From Adineta vaga (taxonomy: Eukaryota; Animalia; Rotifera): 64,000 nt of DNA. Both the position numbers and the translations under genes were made by a program. This document shows positions 15,001 through 26,617 of this stretch, one piece after another (within the stretch, counting starts at the first letter, position 1; each line of letters opens with the position of its first letter). Below the pieces are notes generated by a model. It was given only the letters and a program-made list of their open reading frames with translations. It did not search any database and was not told the DNA's origin. The DNA lies in contig CP075492.1 in assembly GCA_021613535.1 (NCBI GenBank), positions 9,610,001 to 9,674,000 on the forward strand. The letters run 5' to 3'.

Positions 15001-16152
15001 AGATAAGAATGTATCTTCAAAGTTTTTCGTTTGTTTTTTAGTCATTTCTATACGTCTTCTTTTATTTTCTATTCTCTGTCATTGGTAATTATGCATTTTT
15101 CGTATTTGCAATACATTTACTTGATGTGGCAATAAGTGTAAAAGCTTTAAGTACAATTTTAAAATCAATTACTCACAACGGTCGTCAGGTATGTATTATT
15201 GATAAATAATACACAAAAAAAAACGTTTTTTTCTCGATGGAAAATATCATTCTAGTTACTTTTAACAATTATGTTAATGACTGTTGTTGTTTATCTTTAT
15301 ACCGTAATTGCATTTAATTTCTTTCGTAAATTTTATACCAAAGAAGAGGATGAACAACGAGAAGAAAATTGTAAAGATATGTTTACTGTAAGTGAAAGAC
15401 AAGAAGTGTATATCGAAATTAAAATAACATCTATTTTAGTGCTTTAAATTTCATTTATATTCTGGTATTCGAGCTGGTGGTGGTATTGGTGATGAATTGG
15501 AATCACCCAATGGCGATCCACTTGAATTATATCGAATTGTTTTTGATATTACATTCTTCTTCTTTATTATTGTTATACTTTTAGCTATTATTCAAGGTAG
15601 AATAGAATCAAAGAAAAAGTTCAATTGATAAATTTAAGAAAAATATTTAGGTTTAATTATTGATGCATTTGGTGATCTTCGTGAACAACTTGATTCAGTT
15701 AAAGAAACACTTGAAGTATGGTTTGATTTGATTTTGATTTTGTCTAATTGGATTGTGTTTTTTCTTAGTCAAAATGTTTTATTTGTGGAATTGGTCAAGA
15801 TTATTTCGATAAAGAACCGCATGGTTTCGAAGTAAGATACAATAGTAAATGGAAAATGAAGTTTGCTTATATTTCTCTTTTTTTTAGACTCATACAACAG
15901 CAGAACATAATTTTGCCAATTATTTATTCTTTTTAACACATCTTTTAAATAAACCTGATACAGAACATACAGGACAGGTTCGTTAGACTTTTGATTTGAA
16001 ATAAAATTCATTATTGAATTTTGTTATTGCATAAATAGGAAAGTTATGTTTGGGAAATGTATCAAAGTCGTAAGTGGGACTTTTTTCCTGTTGGAGATTG
16101 TTTTCGACGACAATATGAATCGGGAAGTGGTGGAACAACAACGGAAAGTTAA
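1..16152 (+). CDS. RyR: Ryanodine receptor (multi-exon, 5'-partial; from SPRY2 region to C-terminus)
   Basis: Exon translations match RyR hallmarks: SPRY3 ([18 protein letters not shown]), [38 protein letters not shown], RyR repeats ([17 protein letters not shown]), [23 protein letters not shown]-hands ([27 protein letters not shown]), [14 protein letters not shown], pore [12 protein letters not shown]-terminal CFICGIG..HGFETHT..EHN and [15 protein letters not shown]. Stop TAA at 16150-16152; AATAAA at 16260-16265. Dozens of short GT-AG introns. Confidence 0.98.
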
Positions 16153-16300
16153 AAATCAATTCAATTAAATCGGTGATTTGTTTGAATGACTTTTTTTCGA
16201 GTTAATTTAGATATTTATTTTTGTTGTTCTGTTTTCATTTACACTAATATTTTCTTTTTAATAAATAGTTCAATAAGTTTGACAAGAATAATAGATAGGG

Positions 16301-16745
16301 TGTGGATACGAGCGTAATGAATAATAACACCTACGTACTCAATGAATTTTATTTAATAGAATAAAATAAAATAAAAAACAAAAACAGATTATGGTCCAAC
16401 TATATTGGACGGGCTGCCTGCCGCTGTCTATTCACAAGCGCTATCCCACGGCTGCTTAACATGAGGTCTTTGACTTGCTCGCATATTCGCGCCTCAGCCG
16501 GTTCAACCTTCCTTAGACGCCCTGGAAGGAGAGATTCCTCAGCTCCCACCATGTCGCTGCCAAGCTTCGTGCGGACGCTCGATCAACATAGAACAACGAC
16601 AAGCAGGACTCCCGCCCGCAAGTCATTCACACAACCCGACCCCAGAAGTAGCTCCAGTTACAGAAAGACGCCGCGCTTTCCAGTCGATGATTAACTATAT
16701 TGACTGACTATTTCTATTGATATATATTGAAATGGTGCAATTACA
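16301..16745 (-). mobile_element. Solo-LTR-like insertion (GC-rich, TG...CA bounded)
   Basis: Minus strand starts TGTAATTG and ends GTATCCACA. The internal ~16400-16690 is about 55% GC against a very AT-rich background. A TATATA tract lies near the 5' end and a T-rich tract plus AATAAA near the 3' end. No target-site duplication could be identified. Confidence 0.5.
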
Positions 16746-17288
16746 TCCATATGTGATAAAACATGGAAAAATCTTCGTCGCCATCTAAGGACATCTAGTG
16801 AACGAATGCATCGTGATAACGTGAAACAGGACGCTATCTTTTTTTTCTTCTATAATTCTATTTGAATCGTCGATGCATAACGATATACATATCAAGAACA
16901 CATGGGCACATCGTTTTGTACATATTAAAGGTGATGTATCATATTTTTCAATCGATTTTATACGAATAATCATCACATCACTACAATACACATACTTTAC
17001 TTTGATTGCCTATTTTCTTGTTTATGTACGATTTTTCTCAACTATACACCATATACATGTATAGAACTATCGAAGAAAAGATTCTACACTTATATACATC
17101 TATCTATAGACTATTATCTTTGACATATTGTTTGGTTTTGAGTAAAGTTATTGATTTTTCTTGTCATGTATACATTGCACCTACGCTTGAATAACAAATA
17201 ATTGCATTTCACATGTACAGACATAAAAGTTTTCTTATATGTATATTTTGATCATTTTTAGTATCATGCAATAAACAATCGATTGCCA

Positions 17289-18209
17289 ATGCCATCGACG
17301 ACAAAAATGAAAATGCGTCGATTAACTGCGATGATTAGTACATTGAATGATTATTCAATCTTGAAATGGCCATTAACAATTACAAGTGTGCTTATAACAG
17401 TTCTTGCACTTCTGCTTTTACTAGGTTTCCAATCCGAAAATTGGTTTAAATTCGAAGTAGTTGAAATACACACTAAGATGATAACATCAAATACATCACA
17501 AAACATCTCCGATGTACTCAGACATGGTTCATTTGGATTATGGAAATATTGTAGTAATAATCTTTTTGATCGAATTGTTCAATGTGATACCTATACGAGA
17601 GAAAGTCGACCGGAATATTTCAGTCTTATTTTAATATTAGTTTCCTGTGCATTATTTATTGTAAATTTAGCAATTTTTCCATCATGGGTCGCAACAATTT
17701 TAGTACTTTACAATACAAATAATCGTTATATAGCATATCTTGTTGCTTCACTTTGGATTATGTTTCTTTTTACATTGGTAATTGCAATACTTCTTATATG
17801 TGCAATGATGTTTGTTGGAGCATCATCATTTTATTCACCAGGAAAAATTTCTTCTTCTGGAAAACAGACTATTTATCATAGTGGTTCAGGAATATTTCTA
17901 ATATTCTCCTGTAAGTGTTCAATAGTTTGACGGATAAAAATATCAAATTATTCATTTATTTTAGCAACAATCTTATCACTTGTTTGTCTATTAGCAATAA
18001 TAATAACATTAATATGGAAGAAATTTATTGATGTAAAACTAGATGAAGCAGAAAAAGAATTATATCGACAATTAGTAGATGATAATTTTCAACCAGGTTG
18101 GCATAAAGTTATCAAAATACCACGTATGGATACGAAATTGGATAATTATAATGATGATTCATACTCACCACCACCCTATCATAATGATAGCAAAGCAACA
18201 AATAAATAA
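17289..18209 (+). CDS. Claudin/PMP22/EMP superfamily four-TM protein (2 exons: 17289-17910, ~17966-18209)
   Basis: TM1, then W..., GSFGLWKYC...C (claudin-family GLW-C-C signature) and three more hydrophobic helices. The spliced exon 2 supplies TM4 and a tail with SPPPY; stop TAA at 18207-18209. Confidence 0.75.
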
Positions 18210-18565
18210 AAGAAAACAACTTTTTTGTTCTATACTAATCAAAATCAAATCTAACGACTAATCCATTTTGTTTTTCAATTCAATTAATTATTTTTATATT
18301 TAACCGAAATAATAATAATAATAATGAACTAATCGACAGAAATATATTTCTAATTGTTAGCGCGTAAACAAATTTCGATCGGTCATAGAACATAGATAAC
18401 GAAGACTAATATGATATGAAATTGAAGAGTCAAAAATATTTGTATATAACAATTCTTCTTTTGGTTTTTATTTCATTCAACATCAACAAAAATTTATCAG
18501 TCTTATAAATACAAAATGGTGGGTGAAGCGAGTACAGATAAGATTTGTTCATAGAAAAAAAAATA

Positions 18566-19634
18566 TCAATCAAATTCTGATCCTATTGTAATACTAATTT
18601 CATCCTCACTAATAACAAATGTTTTATGATACCATACATTAGTATTGAGTACAATAATTTCGCCAGGTTCAACAATAAAACTAAATTCTTTACAAACAAA
18701 ATGACATTCAGGTACTGGCCGAAGTGTCCATTGTTTTCGTCCACGTACTTGTGCTTGCCAGGATGGTAGATCAACGTTATCAATATGCATATGTGCACCA
18801 AATCCTGGTGTTCCCTATGATATAAAAAAAACTATTGAAAAAAAAAAGTTTTTTCTATGGAATCAATCATACCATAAAAATCCAATCGAGTTTACTTGAT
18901 TCCGATCGTTCAGGTAAAAAATATGGTCTCGAATAATATTGTCGAAGAAGATAAGCTGTTGAATAATCACAATTACTCCATCCAACATACCATGGTTGAT
19001 AATTTTCATCAATCATATAAGCTCTTTCTAAATCCATATCAAAAACATCACCTAAAGTTTCAAATTCATCTTTGTTTTTATACGGAAAAAATTGACATTT
19101 CTCTTCGACAGCTCGAAGTGCACTAGAATTTGTTCGATAGAGACGTTTGAAGAATTTAAAATCAAATTGTTCTAAAGCTAACCAATCTTTCATGGCATCA
19201 GTAATAATAACAGGATGATTGGTATATGCATATTTCTCTTCAAATTCTTCTCGTGTTATATTTGATATACGTTCGATGTCAGTGATATTTTGACAAATAT
19301 CACAAGATGTAACAGGACGAAATAAATCGATTAAAAATTCAAGTTTCGGTGCTAAACATTCTTCACGATAGATGTCAATTGTAAAGGCTTTATCATAGAA
19401 ATAATGAAGGAAACGTGCAGTACCAAAATAAGGAATACTAGCTGTAAATATACCAAGAAGACCGAAGATAATAGCTAAGATAAGATAAATATCACATAGT
19501 CCTTTGGATTGTGTTTGTGTTGGAGAGATTAATTCTAATTTTTTAAAGTTAGAAAGCTTTTCAATAGTACCTTTTGGTAATGATTTGCATTGATCAACGA
19601 TAGACTGAACTTTTTCGTCGATACTTTTCGACAT
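18566..19634 (-). CDS. Membrane-anchored JmjC/cupin-like protein (JMJD8-like architecture; 2 exons)
   Basis: N-terminal TM helix, then cupin-8-like EEFEEKYAYTNHPVIITDAMKDW, DWIFMG-TPGFGAHMHID (HxD), WQAQVRGRKQW and WYHKT (distal His). One GT-AG intron at ~18815-18872. Confidence 0.75.
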
Positions 19635-20417
19635 GAATGTTATGATTATTCGAAAAAGAACTAAATAGATTTCTGTCTGTTATGCGTATTAGGTTGTTTA
19701 TTATTGACATATGACTTTTCTGTACACCAATGATCAAATATGTCTCAGCCATCTGTCCATTCGCTCGATTGGCTGTATACATATTATTATGCTGATGCTG
19801 CTGAAATAAAATAATGCATAAGAAAAGAATATTTTAATAATTATTTACGGGAATTAAAGTGTATTGACTATAGAGTAATTATACTATCGTTTTTTTAGAA
19901 GAGACGAAAATCTCTTATAAATTGAGTTCCATTACATAGAATGAAAAGATGCGAATATGATTAGCAAAGAGTTTATCATAAAATATCAAATAGTAGTAAC
20001 TATTATACAAGATCAGTTGAAATGAATAGAATATGATGATATAGTTTCGTGTTAAATACGATATTATTTTTTAGTACAATTATAGTCATTCTATTATTTG
20101 TGTGATGCTCGTTGATTTCTAACAAAAATAGTTATAAATAAATTCTTCCTCCTACTCATATGAATATAGTTCTCTTTCTTTTATCGGTATTTACTATTTT
20201 CTACGACGGTACTTCAATACTAACTCCTACACAGTAATTTCAGAGGAACAAATTTGTAACCGATGGATGACTTGTTCGTAATTATTGAGACATCTATGTT
20301 TAATGATGATTGGCTCTTTTCTAACTCCGAATGAAATATATGCATCGTGGATGGATATATAGAACAGAATAGAATAGAAGATTAATAATAGTCGATTCGG
20401 TATTTAAAACGAAAAAC

Positions 20418-21768
20418 ATGGCGGCATCAATAGAAAATGCAACATTATCACCCTTGCTTGACACAGTGGATATTCTTAATGAAACTAATTCCACACAAAA
20501 ACAACCTTTTGTAGCACGTACAGATGGAATGTTATTATCCTATTCATTTCTTGTTCTTGCTGCACTTTTATGTGTTTATTTTGGTTCATATCGATCAATA
20601 ATACGTAAAATTAAACAGCAAACCTCGGGAGAAAAACCCGATGTACTTACAGCCAAAGATGGTAACAAAAAATAATTTTGCAAAAAAAGATATTTTAAAA
20701 GAAAAAACAAATTTCTTTTCTAGCGGCTATGTTTCCTTTTATTGCAAGTGGATTTTTATTTGGCATCTATCTTGTTATATTACTTGTCTCAAAGGAATAC
20801 ATAACATTCGTTTTAAACATCTACTTTTTTCTTATTGGTATTATTGCACTTTTTCGTGCAATCCAACCTGCTTTGAGTAAAATACGTTTTCCTGCATTGG
20901 ATAAACTTCGTGAACGACAATTCCATGTGAAACTCTCCGAAAATCAAGCCTCAAATAGTGATGATATCATGCATGTTGATTTTAAATTTGATCTCGTAGA
21001 TGTTGTTGCCTTATTTGGTTGTATCTTGGTTGGTGTTTGGTATCTACTTAAACGTCATTGGATTGCCAATAACATATTTGGTATTGCATTTTCCATTAAT
21101 GCAATTGAAATTCTCCACTTTAACAAGTAATTCTCAAAAGTTAAATGATAGGTTGAATTTTTTTTTGTTCATGTTCATTTTAGAGTTTTCAATGGATGTA
21201 TTTTACTCGGTGGATTATTTATTTACGATATCTTTTGGGTTTTTGGTACAAACGGTAAATGATACATATACTTCAACTAACAGATTTATTTATTGTTGTT
21301 CTCATTGTAGTTATGATTACCGTAGCAAAATCATTTGATGCACCAATCAAATTAATATTTCCTCAAGATTTAATTGAAAACGGAATATTTGCAGCAAATA
21401 AATTTGCTATGCTTGGCCTCGGTAGATCTACCTTTTCACAATATTTTATTTCATAGTCGTTTGATTATTTAGGTGACATCGTTGTTCCAGGAGCATTCAT
21501 CGCTTTGATGCTTCGCTATGATATGACTCGTAAACCATCATCAACACGTTATTTCAGTGTTTCATTTGTGGCTTATATCATTGCTTTATTTATTACAATT
21601 CTTATTCTTCAAATATTCAAACATGGTCAACCGGCTTTACTCTATATCGTTCCACTTTGCCTTGGATTTCCATTGTTAACCGCATTGATCTGCAAGGATT
21701 GGACAACAATGTTTGCCTATGAAGATCATCCATCAGCTACTGAAGTTGTGGAAAAGAAAAAAGAATAA
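20418..21768 (+). CDS. HM13: Signal peptide peptidase (HM13/SPP, GxGD aspartic intramembrane protease)
   Basis: HWIANNIFG, GLFIYDIFWVFGT (YD), VAKSFDAPIKL, MLGLGDIVVPG (GxGD across an intron), HGQPALLY, and C-terminal KKKE ER-retrieval-type motif. Confidence 0.95.
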
Positions 21769-22154
21769 ATCTATGTTGTTTAGTACTCATTTATTGCTAT
21801 TATATTTCATTTATATTTTAACGTTGTTTGACATATGATATTGTGGATTTGTTTGATGTTGTTCGTTTTGTTTCTATCGAAATATAGTACAATATATCTA
21901 ACCAAACTAAGAGCATAATATCAAACATAAACTGTCTTGTTGATAGAAGATCGTACATGAACGAAGCTATTTTTCATATAACTTTAATCCAATGAATTCA
22001 AAATAATAATCTTGACCAATTGATTTCATTCTTATCAAATAACGCAGAGAAATATTTCTTTCTTTCTTTCTTTTCAGATGATATTGATTCAAAACTAAGT
22101 TTCATTTATTCTAAATTTCAAAATCATCAAATTAAAAGCAAAATAGATAATACT

Positions 22155-23440
22155 TCATCGTCGATATCGACCACGATCTCGTCTTAATTTCGGTTGAATA
22201 GCCATCTGAACATGTTGATATGAATAATGTCGATCAGCTTTCCAACCTATCCATAGAATACCTGTATTAAATGGAACAAGTCCATCGGTATGTGTTGGTA
22301 GAAAACCATTGAGTTGTACATGTGCACAATCACCACCGGAATGATACCACCACCCACCACCACCATGTAAGTGAGGACAATTTACACTATTTGTAGTATA
22401 ATGATCATAAGTAGAAAATGGAGCATTATTATGCCAACGAGAAAAACCTGTTTAAAATATGATAGGATCAATTTTTTTTAACTCCAGATATTCCTCAGAG
22501 AGCTAATGTGTCATAATCATAGATTTAATATCAATGTCTGAACGAGATCTTTTTTGAATAATTAGTGATCTATCTTTCAGAGAATATAATGAATTAACTT
22601 ACTATCAAATTTATTAAATACTTCCATACTGCCAGTATATCCATCGATTTGTAGACGATAATCATCATTTTGATTTGAAATATGAAAAAATTCATATACA
22701 CCTTTACGAGTTTCATTATGCCAATCAGTTAATTCAATTTTCAGACGACATTGAAAATTATTCGTTAACCAGTAGAGATTTTCATTTCCAATCCAAAAAT
22801 CGATTTTATCTTGAATATTACCAAAACCTCGTTGATATTCAATCCATGTTCGATTAAAACTAATATGATTTGTTTGTCGATCTTGAATGATAAGCCAATG
22901 TTTATCTTCATTATCATTGGAAGCTAGTGGACAAAAAACATTCGATATTATTTCCGTTAATCCTACATAAAGTTCTAGACAACGCGTCGTACGATTCCGT
23001 TTTGGATATGAAAATGAATGACAAGAACAATCTGAATTATGCCTTCGAAATATAAAATTTTCAATGAAACAAAAGAGAAGAAGTTTAAGTACACTTACTG
23101 ATTCTGATTACTTAGTCGATTTTGAGATTCTTGATTGAATGTAACATTATGGGTTGAATTAAGAATAGAAAGAATTTTAGTTTGTTTATCTTTAACTTGT
23201 TCAAATTGAATATAGATAATCATCATAATAATACTATATAAAACTAATTGAATAAAAAGAAAATAACATCGTTCACGTGTGATATTCGACGATCCCTGGA
23301 AGAGTCTGCCGATTTGTTACTGAAAATGTTGAATTATTTGGCGTAGCCGTTAACGTAGATGGTAGCATATGATTTATTCGAAGTCGTGAGCTCGGCTTTA
23401 ATGAAGTAGAATTAAATCTTTTGAATTGTTCTTTAAACAT
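22155..23440 (-). CDS. Type II membrane fibrinogen-related domain protein (FIBCD1-like architecture); frame disruption in exon 1; absent from ORF track
   Basis: Read manually: TM CYFLFIQLVLYSIIMMIIYI, then FBG domain WLIIQDR..SFNRTWIEYQRGFG..DFWIGNENLYWLT..RLKIELTDW..YRLQIDGYTG, FSTYDH..NCPHLHGGGGWWY..CAHVQLNG..GILW..W. Stop TGA at 22157-22155; ATG at 23440. Exons ~23440-23099, ~23043-22603, ~22448-22155. Confidence 0.85.
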
Positions 23441-23725
23441 AATGCGTGTCAATAAAACACTTCGACCATTTTCTACTGATTAAGAGGTACATATATTCAA
23501 CTTCTTGTTCAAAGTAAATATTCTTCTTGTAGGAAAAAAAAACTGAAGTATCACGCAACTAGATTACCTCAGTTTCCAGTCATATAGTCGTTAAAAGAAG
23601 AAAAAACCGAGAACGAAGCGGACTAAAAATAACGTTCAATCATCAATTTATTTCAACAATCGTCAAATGAATATAACAGAGAAATATCAATTAAAAATAC
23701 ATAAAATAATTCTCGAAGTCGATTT

Positions 23726-23739
23726 TTGACAGCTGTCAA
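23726..23739. promoter_or_regulatory. Perfect 14-bp palindrome TTGACAGCTGTCAA in a divergent promoter
   Basis: Seen directly between the ATGs at 23440 (-) and 23904 (+). The core TGACAGCTGTCA is the known dimeric site of TALE homeodomain factors (MEIS/TGIF/PKNOX). Confidence 0.4.
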
Positions 23740-23903
23740 TGTTGAATAAATTTTTGAAAATGATTGAATAGTAACTTAGACAAAGAATAAATTGATCCGT
23801 TTCATTAAATGTTGTTTAATCCTGTATCATTTCGATATTTTCAATAAATTTATGAAAGAAATTCAGATTTTTTCAAGATATTAATAAAGAAAAAACAAGA
23901 TCT

Positions 23904-25284
23904 ATGGCACAAATTGCTGATTTAGCTCATGTATGTTGTTTGTTATTTTAAGATATTCATCATAATGATTTCTTCGTAGATCGATGAAGTATCAGATATC
24001 AATTCTGAATTTGATAATACAGAAAAAGAAGAAAAGAAGTGAGTTCTATATTCATAAATATTATATCAAAATATCTGGGTTCTTTTTCTTTATTCTAGAC
24101 GAAAACGTAATGATCTTTCGGAAAAAATTACTTTTCAACAAGCTGCAAGTAGTGGTCTGGCTCGAAAAGAGGAACGAGTTGCAGGTGCAAATCGGTTCGT
24201 ATTTGTTGACTCACAATGAGCAAATATCAAATTGATGTTTTTAGAGAAAGATTTCGTTCACAATTTATGGCTATGAATGCTTATGATCGTCATAAACGCT
24301 TAGTAAATGATTATGTTCGTTATTATTCAAAAGAAAAATCTTTCAATGAAATATTTAAACGTGACAAGTAAGTGAATTTTCACGTATTTATTTTCAATAC
24401 ATTTCTTCTCTAGTTCAAAAGATAAAAATGATCTGGACGTTATTCGAAGTGAACATCGATTTTTGTGGGATGATCAAGACGATGATCCTGAAGAAACATG
24501 GTAGATTCATTGGAATTTCGATTCCAGATTTCAAGGATTTATTTCTTGTAGGGAAAAACGTTTGGCGAAAAAATATTATGATAAATTATTCAAAGAATAT
24601 TGTATATGTGATCTTAGTCATTGGGAAGAGAAAAAAATTGCGATGCGATGGCGAATTGATCGCGAAGTTGTAAATGGAAAAGGTAAATTGATGAGTAGAG
24701 ATTATTGATTGCATTCCTGTTGGCATTGTCATTGTGAAATTTGTTTTTAAGGACAATTTATATGTAGTGAAAAGCGATGCGATGAAAAGGATCATTTACG
24801 AAGTTGGGAAGTTTTATTTGGTTACGTTGAACATGGAAAGAAACGAGATGCGCTAGTAAAATTAAGTAAGTTTGTTTTATTGAAATGCATATTCATTTCT
24901 TTATTTTAAGGATTATGTCCACCATGTACAAAAAAACTTCATTTTGGTCATAAGTAATAGAATTTCTTTTTGGTCTGTGTTCGTATAACTGGTTTTTCTT
25001 TTCTAGAGCAAAAGAAGTAGTACCAAAAGAGAAAGAATCTGAAAGTGAAGTGACAGAAATGACTGAACCTTCATCGTCTGTACAAAAGAAAAGTCGTCTT
25101 GACAACGATGATGATGATGATACAATTATACTTCAAGATGATGGACAAATTTGGTCAAAACCATTACCAGAAACACGTGAAGCAACAAGGTTTATATTCT
25201 ATGATTATTCAATATTTTTATTCATATTTCATTCTATTTAGAGAAGACGAATTCGACGAATATTTACAAACATTATTCTTCTAA
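23904..25284 (+). CDS. FRA10AC1: FRA10AC1 homolog (spliceosome-associated protein), multi-exon
   Basis: Spliced translation: MNAYDRHKRLVNDY, DLDVIRSEHRFLW, TWEKRLAKKYYDKLFKEYCICDLS, AMRWR..EVVNGKGQFICS..C, LRSWEVLFGYVEHG..ALVKLRLCPPC, ending REDEFDEYLQTLFF*. Confidence 0.92.
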
Positions 25285-25320
25285 ATTGTAAATTAACTGT
25301 CAAACATGTTTTAATTATTA

Positions 25321-26617
25321 TTAAACATCAGAAGCTTGATGAATTTTTCGTTGAAATAATTCTTGAAGAATTTCTGCAACGATCATTGAACTTGAATTTG
25401 ATGAAAGAATTCTTAACGTAAATAAATTATCTATCGGAAAATATCGAATAAAATTGCCAATATATCTGCTATCATTTACACGATAATCAAGGAGTAATTC
25501 TAAATTTTCTCGAATAAAAACTTCACGTGAATGTTGAATAAACATTCGATAGATAAATCGAATAAAATCAATTATTGTTATCATTAATAATAGTCCAAAC
25601 CATATCCATAGAAGAAAATACATTTTTTCCAAGAAAATATTAATTACTAATAAACATTCAACTGTATACATATGTTGTTCACCTAATTCACGTATATGAA
25701 AATCACATAATGTTATTCGTGGAAATAATCGACTTTCCGGTAAAGTATATCCTGATATTAATCGATGAAATACAGAAAAACCATATTGAAAATAGCTCAC
25801 ATCGGAATAACTAAGAAAATGTTGAAGAAAATAGATTTGTATGATTAAATTAAATATATAAAGTAATTTGATAAACATATAAAAACAGGTCAAGGATGCA
25901 CCTGTACGTGCTTGACAAAATAAACGACATTGATCAAATAAATGTTTGAAATAGGATGATTTAGCGTACTTAGAGGGATTAATATATTCTTCATAACGCT
26001 GCAAACAATCAGAAATGTATTGTATAACTACATAAGAATGTAAAAAGAAGTTGATTATATATAAATGAATGAAACAAACCTGCATAGCGATCAGTTTTAC
26101 TCTCAAATGTTTCGGATTGAATGGATGCATCAACAAGATTGCCAATAGATAAACCAATTCGATTATTAAATGCTTGCCAAAAAAATCGTGGTAAACTAAA
26201 AAATAAAGCTTGTAATAAAAGAATAAAATGCATCCATTGATAATATTTTAATGTTTGTTGACGACGTTTATTCACATCGTTTGGAACTGATTCATTTCGT
26301 GATATATGATACGTATTTTGTATATAACACAAAAGATTTGTATAATCTTCATAATTATCAGTAAATTGAGCTGGTACCCAGCATCGCAGTGGATCACCTA
26401 GAATAATATATATGTATATCATATTATTGTTTTAGTCAAATTTGATTTTAAATTTACCAATATAATCGTATGTTGATATTGCAATACAAAAACAAATTAA
26501 TATTGCAACTGTATATCGATTATGAAGTCGATCAACAAGTAAATCATCATAATTACTTTTCTTTGTTTGTTCACCAGCAAATCGTTTTGCATTATCGATA
26601 ACTTCGGTGAAATCCAT
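25321..26617 (-). CDS. Innexin (gap junction protein), 3 exons
   Basis: DDLLVDRLHNRYT, GDPLRCWVPAQF, CYIQNTY, YYQW..FILLLQALFFSLP..FW, FPRITLCDF, ECLLVINIFLEKMYFLLWIWF. Intron phases are consistent. Confidence 0.95.

Noticed and set aside
16495-16550. Minus-strand CTGAGGA followed by a CCTTCC/GGAAGG hairpin inside the GC-rich island: possible hammerhead
   Set aside because: The stem is not adjacent to the core, and GAAC replaces GAAA; the geometry does not fit.
16461-16694. 77-aa ORF in the GC-rich island
   Set aside because: Expected by chance in GC-rich DNA; no recognisable motifs.
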